64,000 nucleotides of DNA from an uncultured Candidatus Saccharibacteria bacterium (lineage in GTDB: Bacteria; Patescibacteriota; Doudnabacteria; UBA920). Of the stretch, positions 56,061-64,000 are shown one piece after another (the first letter of the stretch is position 1; every line of letters begins with the position of its first letter). The notes below the pieces were generated by a model, which saw only the letters and a list, made by a program, of their open reading frames with translations, was not told the DNA's origin and did no database searches. The translations under genes and the position numbers were made by a program. The DNA lies in assembly GCA_964650255.1 (NCBI GenBank), contig CAZYQT010000001.1:39964-103963 (forward strand). The letters run 5' to 3'.

Positions 56061-57348
56061 TGGTTAAGCCAAGGGCCACGAAGATGACGGTTATACCAAA
56101 CTGGAGACCTAACACGAGGTTGAATCTCCAATTAAAACAAATTGGGATTAACCCGATGAATAGTAGCGCTTGACCGTATTCGCGGTTGGAAAGATTGATC
56201 TCCCCAACAACGAGCAGTAGCAGTGCGAGCGTAAACCCGACTGCGGCTTTAGCGAATCTTGCCTTGCTTGGAATAGTGCTCCACCAAGAAGAGATCTTAG
56301 TCTTGGCTTTAGCCGTAAGAGCAGAAGCTGCGGACTTGATTTTCTTCCAGAAATAATAACCAAGGTTTGAGATTTTTTCCCTCAAATAGGAGAACGCTTT
56401 TTTGAGCTTTCTCCCAACACCACGGAACTTATTTTTGACCGCATCTTTCTTAGCAGGGTCCATCTTCTTCCAATGCTGGCGCAACTTCCACAGCCCAAAG
56501 GCCATGACTGCCGCTGCGAGGATTAAAAGAATAACCGTTCGGTTGGCCAAGAAAAATTGGTAGAGAAATTCAAAAGCAGAAACGATCCAGCCCCATGCGA
56601 TTCCCAAAGCTTGCGACGCCTCGGCACCGATTTCTTGCCACGGTGCCACATAAAATGCAGAACCAATAGCTACTATCGACACGAGCCAGCCTAATTCTTT
56701 GCGATGAGCCTGGAAGTAATCATTCGTCGCTACACTTACGCGCGCCCACAAAGATTTGTAGGTGCCCGCGAGTTTTGCCTTACGAATTTTTTCACTTCGG
56801 CGTTGATATTTACCATACACCCATTGAAACGGTTTTTTAATTCCCTTTCCAACGGAACGAAATTGACGACCAAAGAATCCTGCAATATCAGAACGCAGGA
56901 CTATAAACGCCTTGTAACGAGCAATTCGAGCCTTGCGGCGGCGACTTGCTCTAGCGGCTTTATTCAACAGCTTTAGTTTTGCAGCTGCTGCCTTATCTCG
57001 CCGAGCTTCCTCTCTTTCAATCGGAATCAGCATCGCTTTTGCATGAATTAGGGCGCGTTGGGCATCAGCATACTCCCGCTCAGATTGAGCATTCGTAAGT
57101 CTTATCTCAGCCTTTCCCTTTTCGCGAAAAATGTCCTTAAGGACTTCAATAATTTCAGCGATACCTTTGCCGCGCTTCAATTCTTCTTGAAGTTCATCTA
57201 ACTGTTCCGGATCAGGCTCAACCACCTCGCTAGAGGAATAGCTGACCGATCCGGATGGTGGTTTCGAAGTCCTTTTCGGGAAGATTCTCGAAAAAGATGT
57301 GCTTATCCGTTTACGCAAATCACGTAATTTCAACCATTCCTTTGACAT
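56050..57348 (-). CDS. Coiled-coil / basic protein with C-terminal TM helices
   Basis: 432 aa. Arg/Lys/Ala-rich helical N-terminal half, hydrophobic C-terminal half. Confidence 0.4.
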   Translation of the reverse strand: MSKEWLKLRDLRKRISTSFSRIFPKRTSKPPSGSVSYSSSEVVEPDPEQLDELQEELKRGKGIAEIIEVLKDIFREKGKAEIRLTNAQSEREYADAQRALIHAKAMLIPIEREEARRDKAAAAKLKLLNKAARASRRRKARIARYKAFIVLRSDIAGFFGRQFRSVGKGIKKPFQWVYGKYQRRSEKIRKAKLAGTYKSLWARVSVATNDYFQAHRKELGWLVSIVAIGSAFYVAPWQEIGAEASQALGIAWGWIVSAFEFLYQFFLANRTVILLILAAAVMAFGLWKLRQHWKKMDPAKKDAVKNKFRGVGRKLKKAFSYLREKISNLGYYFWKKIKSAASALTAKAKTKISSWWSTIPSKARFAKAAVGFTLALLLLVVGEINLSNREYGQALLFIGLIPICFNWRFNLVLGLQFGITVIFVALGLTIGL

Positions 57349-57584
57349 ATATGTTACTCCTTATCCGTATTCAGTTTTTAATGTGCTTCAAAGCCATTTA
57401 GACTTTGGGGAAGTTACCTTCCCAGAGCAGAATTATATTGATAAAACCCTGTTCCAGAAAGATAATTGCTTTTATTTAATTAAACCATATTATAGCACTT
57501 TTTAACAAATATGTCAATATTTAAATACTATTGCTGTCTCTAATACAAAAAGTGGCTTATTTATGAGGATTTAAAAATTGCCCA

Positions 57585-57625
57585 CCAAAAAAAAGACCGG
57601 TATTTTTCAAATACCGATCTTTTGT
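57585..57625. terminator. Bidirectional rho-independent terminator (AAAAGACCGGTATTT-TTC-AAATACCGATCTTTT)
   Basis: A near-perfect 12-bp stem with one mismatch, A-run upstream and T-run downstream. Located after the stop of 57639..57920. Confidence 0.5.
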
Positions 57626-57638
57626 TAGATTCCCGGCT

Positions 57639-57920
57639 TTACTTCAAAGCCGATCTCGTCTTTGCTAGCTCGCCAGCATCATCAATCGAACCCTTTTTCT
57701 TATCTAAATCCTCAAGCATGGCAGCCATTTCTTGAAGGGCAGCTGCATGTTGATTATTCAACGCTGTGGTTGATTTCACGTAAGCAGAACCAAGAGCCAA
57801 ATATATCGCACCTTTAGTCTCCTCATCTAGATCTTGGGATATAACATCCTGAAGCAATGACTTTGCTCTCTCCCAATCACCTTGAGCAATCAAGCTTTCA
57901 AAATTATCTTTAGTGTCCAT
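57639..57920 (-). CDS. Small hypothetical protein (93 aa, helical)
   Basis: ORF immediately downstream of 57929..59158. Confidence 0.35.
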   Translation of the reverse strand: MDTKDNFESLIAQGDWERAKSLLQDVISQDLDEETKGAIYLALGSAYVKSTTALNNQHAAALQEMAAMLEDLDKKKGSIDDAGELAKTRSALK

Positions 57921-57928
57921 GATTGTTT

Positions 57929-59158
57929 TTATTCTTTATATTGCTCTAACAAAATTCGAAGCATAAAACTCTTCATTGGGTCACCTTTTAATTTTTCCAA
58001 TGAGTCACTAACCATCTCACGAATCCTTTCCTTGGCTTCTGCCCCAGTCTTACTTCCAAGTTTTGTGCGCTCGAACAATGGCTTCAGTTTTTCAGAAACT
58101 TTTGCAAAGTCAGTTTTCTTGATGATTTCTTTTATATCTGCTGCCATACGCTTATCGATTGCGTTATCCAAACTTTCCATTTTATCTATAAACATATCGG
58201 CTCCATCAGGATGACTAACCGCCACTCTCTCGATACCATGCTCGCCATCGCCTTCACCTCTTTCAAAGTGCTCATACAAAGATTCTAAATCCTTCAAAGT
58301 TTTCGGTCCTGGCTTTTTCAAAATAGCACGAGCATTGCCAATCAACTTTTTTTGAGCCTGTTTTGTTAAGTCCTCAGCTAAATTCATTTCTCGAAACAAT
58401 TTTACACGCACATCCTCATATTTATCCACCACATTCTTATACTCTTGCTCCTGAAAACCAACTTTTGACATAAGCTCCATAGTCTTTGCGCACTCTTCAT
58501 CAAATTTTGCTAAATCCACTTTATATTTATCCTGCAAGTCTTTTTTGATCTGCTGCGTTTCTTTAGACCACCACTTCCAAGGCTTGGCCCAAGAAGTATT
58601 AGACTCATACTTGTCCATTGCAGCAGCTTTTTCTTTCAAATCGCTACCACCGCGTTTAAGAAGCTTGGAAACATTGTCAGAGTGCAATTTAAGTTTTCTT
58701 TCAGACTCACGGATATCTTTCAAATCCTTTACATATTCAGCCATTGCCTCAGGGTCATCTTTAATCTCTTTATCAATATGTTTCTGAACGGCTGCTGCTA
58801 CTTCCTTAGGATCCAAAATTCCTTTTAACTGTTCTGAGTACAAAGTCTGCATTTCTTTCACAACAGTGTTGCGATTTTCAAATGCTTCGTATCTGGATTC
58901 CAAACCCTCTAAATCATCACTAGGATTAAACTCCTGAGCATCACCGTAGACCTCATGCACAAATTTAACGAAATCTTTATTATTTGCTTTTTTAATATCA
59001 AAAGGCGGCTTCTCCGGCTCAATCTGATCAATGTCCGGATCCTCAACCACATCTTGCTTAGTCTCAGCCTTAGCTGAGTCTTTGGCATATTGTCTATACC
59101 CTTTTTTCCTATCAGATTTAGCTTTATATGCTCGCCATTTTTCACCTACATAACCCAT
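57929..59158 (-). CDS. Hypothetical coiled-coil protein (K/E/D-rich)
   Basis: 409 aa. TGTGATATAAT promoter at 59187-59197 upstream. Confidence 0.4.
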   Translation of the reverse strand: MGYVGEKWRAYKAKSDRKKGYRQYAKDSAKAETKQDVVEDPDIDQIEPEKPPFDIKKANNKDFVKFVHEVYGDAQEFNPSDDLEGLESRYEAFENRNTVVKEMQTLYSEQLKGILDPKEVAAAVQKHIDKEIKDDPEAMAEYVKDLKDIRESERKLKLHSDNVSKLLKRGGSDLKEKAAAMDKYESNTSWAKPWKWWSKETQQIKKDLQDKYKVDLAKFDEECAKTMELMSKVGFQEQEYKNVVDKYEDVRVKLFREMNLAEDLTKQAQKKLIGNARAILKKPGPKTLKDLESLYEHFERGEGDGEHGIERVAVSHPDGADMFIDKMESLDNAIDKRMAADIKEIIKKTDFAKVSEKLKPLFERTKLGSKTGAEAKERIREMVSDSLEKLKGDPMKSFMLRILLEQYKE

Positions 59159-59221
59159 ATACTTAGATATTTACTTAATTAAGCCCATTATATCACAAAA
59201 ACCAGGCGCTGCTAACGCTCC

Positions 59222-61765
59222 CTAAATAGTCTTCTCTATAGCCGCTGGTCCTGCGGCCATCATGTCGGCCACCTGACTAGCCTCCAAAATTTCTTCTTCT
59301 ACCTCAGCCCGCGGACGCCCAAACTTTAAGCGCGACAACTGACGGATTGCTTGTGCAGTAGCCAATTGTTCAGCTGTTGGCTTATCAAGCGGATAAGTAG
59401 CCATATTGAAAGGCTTACTCGCTGTTCCGTTAATCATTAACTTCACAAACGCGTTGAAGCGGTCAACATTCAGTAAATCAAATGAGTTAAACACGGGCGC
59501 AAATTCCTTAGCCATAACTTCGGCATCTTCCACACCAATACGGAACGTCACCATACTACCAGCATTACCAAACACAGCATCTCGTAAATCACTGCTACCT
59601 GCTCCATGAGCGCCCGCACCTTGCTCAAGCTGCGCTAAAAACTGATGCCCAATAATTAAATTTAATTTGTACTTTCTAGCTTCAGACAAAATTGATGAAA
59701 ACGCGTCTGTAATAAAGTTTTGGAATTCATCAACATACAAATAGAAGTCTTTACGCTGGTCTTCTGGAGTATCTGCGCGCGACATTGCGGCCATTTGAAT
59801 CTTTGACACCAAAATTAAACCAAGCAATTTTGCATTCATTTCACCAGTTTTACCTTTCGCTAAATTCACAAGCAAGATTTTGCCGTTATCCATAACGTCT
59901 CGGAAATTAAAGGCGCTCTTTGGCTGGCCAACAATATTGCGCATCATGCTATTCTCAACGAACCGGCCAACTTTAGACACCAAGTAACCAAGCATTTCCG
60001 ACTTGTGAAAGTCACTGGTCTTAGCCATTTCTTTTTCCCAAAAGGCGCGCACTACTGGATCGCTCAACTTGCCAACTTTATACTTCTGGAATTCAGTATC
60101 AGTAAAAATACGAGGAATTTCTACTAGCGTACCAGGGTGCTCGGAGTCGGCCATTAAAGTTAACATGGCATTACGCATGTTGTGCTCAAACATTGGCCCA
60201 AGCATAGCTGGGTCGGTAACGAGTTTGTAGAAAATTGAAATCATTTCCTGTACCGCAAAATCCTTCTCCCCTTCTTTCAAACTCTCGAGCATGTTCAAGC
60301 CCATTGGGCGTTCAACATCGAACGGTTCAAAAAGAATTACATCTTCTGCGCGCTCTTTTGGAATGTGGGGCAAAATGTCCTCAATAAAGTCGCCGTGCGG
60401 ATCGATCACGCACAAACCTTCACCATTTTTAATGTCCTGCACAGACATGTACTTCATGAGCTCGGTTTTACCTACACCAGTTCGCCCAAGAATGTACATG
60501 TGACGACGACGGTCATCGCGCGCCGCCCGAATAGGAGTCTCAATCCCCCGGTAAATATTGCGCCCGAGCAGGACGCCATCATCAGACAAATTAATTGGCG
60601 GCGGCGCTTTCTTGGACTGTAGCCACTTAATATTCGGCGTTTCCAAAAATGGCGTTGGCAAATGCCACAAACTAGCCAACTCTTCAGTATTCAATATGGC
60701 TTTGCCGCCATAATGCCTGTATATACGAAAGATAAAATCTTTCACAATCGCCGCTTGCTTGCGACCTTTTATTTTAAAGCCATTAAACGGCGGCATATTG
60801 TACTGCAAAAAGGACGAAACAATGTTATTTAAATTCACTGCGGCAGCACCTGGATTCATCGATGAGCAAACAACCCGAATATTAGTTTTAAACCCTGGGC
60901 GACTAGCCTTTTCCTCAAAACGCTTCACCATTTCCTGCTGCATTGGTGTTAGATTAATCGGGCTAGACAAACCGCTCAAATCTTCATGATGTCCTGCAGT
61001 AGGGTCCTTTTTCCCAAATGTACTGTCTTTAATTAAACCAAAAATTTCACCGGCAACTTTCGAACCAGATCCTTTTACAACCGTATTCGGATTTTTACCT
61101 TGCTGAATTTCTAACGCCATATGGCGCGGCTTATGCTGCCAGTGGTGGCCTGCTGGAGATAGAATAAATTGGATTGCAGCGCCATCACCTTCCCCTAACT
61201 TTGACATAGCATTAGTCAAAGAGTTTAATGGATCAGTTTCCATCAATTTATATGTGCGGATCGGGAAAACATATGACCGATTCAATTGCAATTCCGCAGC
61301 AGCAATTTGGCCACCTTTCTGAAACGGATTATATCCACGAATAACTTCTATAAATGCATCTGGATATTGAGCTTGTAGTTGTTTTTCAATTAGTTCTTGT
61401 AGGTACTGCGGGCAGTTAATATAAAAAGATATTTTTTTGTCTGTACAAGCAATTTCGAAACTAATGTAATCTTTTGGTTGGAAAAACCAATTGCTATGAC
61501 TGATCTCTGAAAGCGATGTAAACAACTGCTCAACAACGGAAATTAAATTCTTCTTGCCTTCTTCGTTGTTGGTTAACTGCTGATTGCTTTCATCAGCATT
61601 ATCTTTTGGCATTTGAATTTCCAAGAACACCCAATTTTTGGTGCGCGGCATTATCACTTTGGCGTAATACCAGTGACGATGAATATAGTACGCGGCAACT
61701 GCCAAAAAGACCGTTACCAGAACGGCTAGAAGAGCAATAACTATAACTACAGTATTAAGTTCCAA
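59222..61765 (-). CDS. VirD4/TraG/TraD-like type IV coupling-protein-family ATPase (FtsK/HerA superfamily)
   Basis: N-terminal TM. Walker A ILGRTGVGKTE. Walker B LYVDEFQNF. C-terminal IIGHQFLAQLEQ...AVFGNAGSMVTFRIGVEDAEVMAKEF matches the TraG-D_C / TrwB C-terminal motif. 847 aa. Confidence 0.6.
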   Translation of the reverse strand: MELNTVVIVIALLAVLVTVFLAVAAYYIHRHWYYAKVIMPRTKNWVFLEIQMPKDNADESNQQLTNNEEGKKNLISVVEQLFTSLSEISHSNWFFQPKDYISFEIACTDKKISFYINCPQYLQELIEKQLQAQYPDAFIEVIRGYNPFQKGGQIAAAELQLNRSYVFPIRTYKLMETDPLNSLTNAMSKLGEGDGAAIQFILSPAGHHWQHKPRHMALEIQQGKNPNTVVKGSGSKVAGEIFGLIKDSTFGKKDPTAGHHEDLSGLSSPINLTPMQQEMVKRFEEKASRPGFKTNIRVVCSSMNPGAAAVNLNNIVSSFLQYNMPPFNGFKIKGRKQAAIVKDFIFRIYRHYGGKAILNTEELASLWHLPTPFLETPNIKWLQSKKAPPPINLSDDGVLLGRNIYRGIETPIRAARDDRRRHMYILGRTGVGKTELMKYMSVQDIKNGEGLCVIDPHGDFIEDILPHIPKERAEDVILFEPFDVERPMGLNMLESLKEGEKDFAVQEMISIFYKLVTDPAMLGPMFEHNMRNAMLTLMADSEHPGTLVEIPRIFTDTEFQKYKVGKLSDPVVRAFWEKEMAKTSDFHKSEMLGYLVSKVGRFVENSMMRNIVGQPKSAFNFRDVMDNGKILLVNLAKGKTGEMNAKLLGLILVSKIQMAAMSRADTPEDQRKDFYLYVDEFQNFITDAFSSILSEARKYKLNLIIGHQFLAQLEQGAGAHGAGSSDLRDAVFGNAGSMVTFRIGVEDAEVMAKEFAPVFNSFDLLNVDRFNAFVKLMINGTASKPFNMATYPLDKPTAEQLATAQAIRQLSRLKFGRPRAEVEEEILEASQVADMMAAGPAAIEKTI

Positions 61766-61777
61766 AACAATTTTGTT

Positions 61778-62137
61778 TTAATGTGTGCTTGCTAAATCCA
61801 AAGCAGCATCTTGGTCGGTAGCTGCTTCCGTAGGGCCATTAACTAAGGTCAGAAAGTTTTTTTCATACAACGCGTTTTTTGTTGCCAATGTCTCATCTGG
61901 CGATGGCACAGTTTCTTGCGGTGAATTCTGAACAGCTTCTGGCACAACAGGCTCACTCGCAGGACTACCCAAGTCTTCGACTGCATCACCTTGCGGCTCT
62001 TCTGCATTTTGATTAGGGATAGCTTGATGATCCGGTGTTCTGCTCAACTCAGCTGCATGCTCAGCAGTCTGATGCAAAACTTCTTCCGATTCTAGAGAAG
62101 GAAAATTGCCCTTTTTTGGGTCTGAATCTAATGCCAT
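61778..62137 (-). CDS. Acidic Pro/Glu-rich hypothetical protein
   Basis: 119 aa, low complexity. Extended -10 TGGTATAAT at 62180-62188. Confidence 0.35.
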   Translation of the reverse strand: MALDSDPKKGNFPSLESEEVLHQTAEHAAELSRTPDHQAIPNQNAEEPQGDAVEDLGSPASEPVVPEAVQNSPQETVPSPDETLATKNALYEKNFLTLVNGPTEAATDQDAALDLASTH

Positions 62138-62236
62138 TTGTGTTGTTTTTGTTTCAATTAATCTCTAAATTACCCAATTATTATACCATATTATTGGGCA
62201 AAATAAAAAACCGCCGAAGCGGTTTATATTTTTTAT

Positions 62237-63517
62237 CTAGTAACCCCGATAGTCATGCATGGTCAGCTGGGCTTCGACTTGTTTAATAGTCTCAATAACC
62301 ACGGACACCACAATCAGCAAACCAGTACCACCCAAAGTTAGGGACTGCGTGCCAGTCCAGTGTTGAACCAAGAATGGCAACACAGCAATCGCACCCAAGA
62401 ACAAAGATCCTGGTAAAGTAATTCGATTTAAAACTTTATACAAATAGCCTGCAGTTTGTTGTCCTGGCCGAAGTCCTGGAATAAACCCACCGCTACGTTG
62501 CATATTCTCGGCAATATCATCGGGATTAGTAACAACATTAGTATAGAAGTATGTGAATGCCACAACAAGCAAGAAGTAAATTACTCCATACCAGAGCCCC
62601 TGAGTGTTTGTAAAGCTAATTGCTTTGGTTGCGAAATCAGCAATGGCTTCGGTTTTAGCATTCACAAAGAACTGAGCAATAATCGCTGGGAATAACATTA
62701 AAGACAAGGCGAAAATAATTGGAATAACCCCAGCTTGGTTTAGACGCATTGGTAAGTGTGATTCCACTCCCCCAACCTGTCTTTCCCCGCGCATGCGTTT
62801 AGCATAGGACACTGGAATATTGCGCTGCGCCTCCGTAACCAGAATTACACCGGCAATTACTAGGATAATAGCAGCTATAAAAGCAATAATCATTGGTAGC
62901 ATGCTTGGTTGATACAACTGGATTAAAGAACTCAAGCTGGCTGGCAAACGCGCCACAATACCTGCAAAAATAATCAATGATAAACCATTCCCAATTCCAT
63001 ATTCAGAGATAATTTCTCCAATCCACATAACTAACATCGTTCCAGCTGTAACAGCCAGTAAAGTCAAAAACCACTGAAACCCACTAAAGTCGCTCAATAC
63101 ACCGACACTACTTTGACTCTGAATTAATCGAATTGTCCCAAACCCGGATAGCACTGCTAGTGGAATGGTCATGAACCGAGTGTATTGGTTAATCTTAGTC
63201 CGACCAGCTTCACCGCTTTCTTTCTGCAGTTCCTTCAAAGATGGCACAATCATGGTCAAAAGCTGCATAATAATTGAAGCAGTAATGTATGGTCCAACCC
63301 CGAGCATAGCAATCGAGAAGTTAGTTAAACCACCACCCGAGAAAATATCCAACAAATTCAAAAATTGATTGCCTTGGAAGTAATCTCTTAATCCACCGAC
63401 ATTAATACCAGGGATTGGGATGTGTACCAAAACCCGAGTTGCTAACAATAGCAAAATCACTGCGATAATTTTCCAGCGCAGATCTTTTGTTTTCCAAATA
63501 AGAGAAAGAGTATTCAT
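62237..63517 (-). CDS. secY: Preprotein translocase subunit SecY
   Basis: MLGVGPYITASIIMQLL and the 10-TM architecture. 426 aa. Confidence 0.95.
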   Translation of the reverse strand: MNTLSLIWKTKDLRWKIIAVILLLLATRVLVHIPIPGINVGGLRDYFQGNQFLNLLDIFSGGGLTNFSIAMLGVGPYITASIIMQLLTMIVPSLKELQKESGEAGRTKINQYTRFMTIPLAVLSGFGTIRLIQSQSSVGVLSDFSGFQWFLTLLAVTAGTMLVMWIGEIISEYGIGNGLSLIIFAGIVARLPASLSSLIQLYQPSMLPMIIAFIAAIILVIAGVILVTEAQRNIPVSYAKRMRGERQVGGVESHLPMRLNQAGVIPIIFALSLMLFPAIIAQFFVNAKTEAIADFATKAISFTNTQGLWYGVIYFLLVVAFTYFYTNVVTNPDDIAENMQRSGGFIPGLRPGQQTAGYLYKVLNRITLPGSLFLGAIAVLPFLVQHWTGTQSLTLGGTGLLIVVSVVIETIKQVEAQLTMHDYRGY

Positions 63518-63550
63518 AATGTTTATTTTACACTAACGGCTTAATTAACA

Positions 63551-63985
63551 CTACTGGATGCTGCCGCCAGCTTTTTCTATAGTAGCTTTCGCAGTTTCCG
63601 ATACCGGAACCTTGAAAGTCAGTTTTCGAGCTAATTTTCCTTGTAAGATTTTAACGCGGCTAGAACCAGTTGGCACCAAACCTTGACCACGCAAAGAAGC
63701 AATTGTTACTTCGTCGCCATCTTTAAATACGGAAAGCGCATCTAATTTAATTACAGTGGCTTTGTCTTGCAAACTGTTAAAACCACGGCGCTTTGGCAAT
63801 TGACGAATCAACGGCTGGCGACCACCTTCAAAACGAGCTGGCATTTTGCTGTGACCAGTACGCTTGGTCTGACCCTTGTTACCACGAGTAGCATATGTTC
63901 CGTGCCCACTACCAAGTCCGCGACCAACTACTTTGCGGCGTTTTGTGGATTTCGGATGTTTCTTTAATTGATGAAGCTTTATCAT
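63551..63985 (-). CDS. rplO: 50S ribosomal protein L15
   Basis: KRRKVVGRGLGSGHGTYATRGNKGQ L15 signature. Directly upstream of secY, as in the spc operon. Confidence 0.9.
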   Translation of the reverse strand: MIKLHQLKKHPKSTKRRKVVGRGLGSGHGTYATRGNKGQTKRTGHSKMPARFEGGRQPLIRQLPKRRGFNSLQDKATVIKLDALSVFKDGDEVTIASLRGQGLVPTGSSRVKILQGKLARKLTFKVPVSETAKATIEKAGGSIQ

Positions 63986-64000
63986 AAATTTATAAAAGTT

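Noticed and set aside
1-64000. tRNA, rRNA and CRISPR arrays
   Set aside because: Scanned intergenic regions for T-loop-like GTTCRANYC motifs with flanking acceptor complementarity and for regularly spaced short direct repeats. None found. The only repeats are the DGR pair, the MraZ boxes and the low-complexity tract.

Overview
This 64 kb window reads as a low-GC, gene-dense bacterial chromosome segment with small proteins and most genes on the minus strand. The composition and content are consistent with a reduced-genome lineage such as Patescibacteria/CPR, but that is inference from composition and gene content only.

Housekeeping content is clear. There is a dcw cluster head (ftsI partial, ftsL-like, rsmH, mraZ) with an MraZ-box operator array. 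There is also a two-component operon (sensor kinase, two HTH-repeat proteins, receiver-only response regulator) and dinB. Further along are mreB, rnhA and recJ, then a long minus-strand glycolysis and pentose-phosphate supercluster (gpmI, eno, pgk, gap, fba, pfkB, split transketolase, rpe, rpiB, tpiA, galT). The window ends with ruvX, dnaX, a GtrA plus polytopic membrane protein cluster, a VirD4/TraG-like ATPase cluster, secY and rplO.

The standout is at 11.6-17.3 kb: an atypically organised diversity-generating retroelement (DGR). A Bordetella-phage Avd-like four-helix-bundle gene is followed by a 116-nt template repeat (TR). About 300 nt away a matching variable repeat (VR) forms the last 40 codons of a 694-aa MoxR-like AAA+ ATPase. 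The ATPase is co-operonic with a VWA/HExxH partner protein. TR and VR differ at 19 positions; 18 of these are TR adenines on the coding strand, and TR is rich in AAY codons. A GC hairpin lies just downstream of VR. No reverse transcriptase is recognisable anywhere in the window.

Other notable items: an AT-rich plus-strand island (17.3-21.3 kb) with an Mrr-like nuclease-domain protein, a GT-rich low-complexity tract, and a recurrent TGTGGTATAAT extended -10 element. Several genes appear to have leaderless or near-leaderless starts. No rRNA, tRNA or CRISPR array was recognised. Hand-derived coordinates for small motifs may be off by 1-2 nt.
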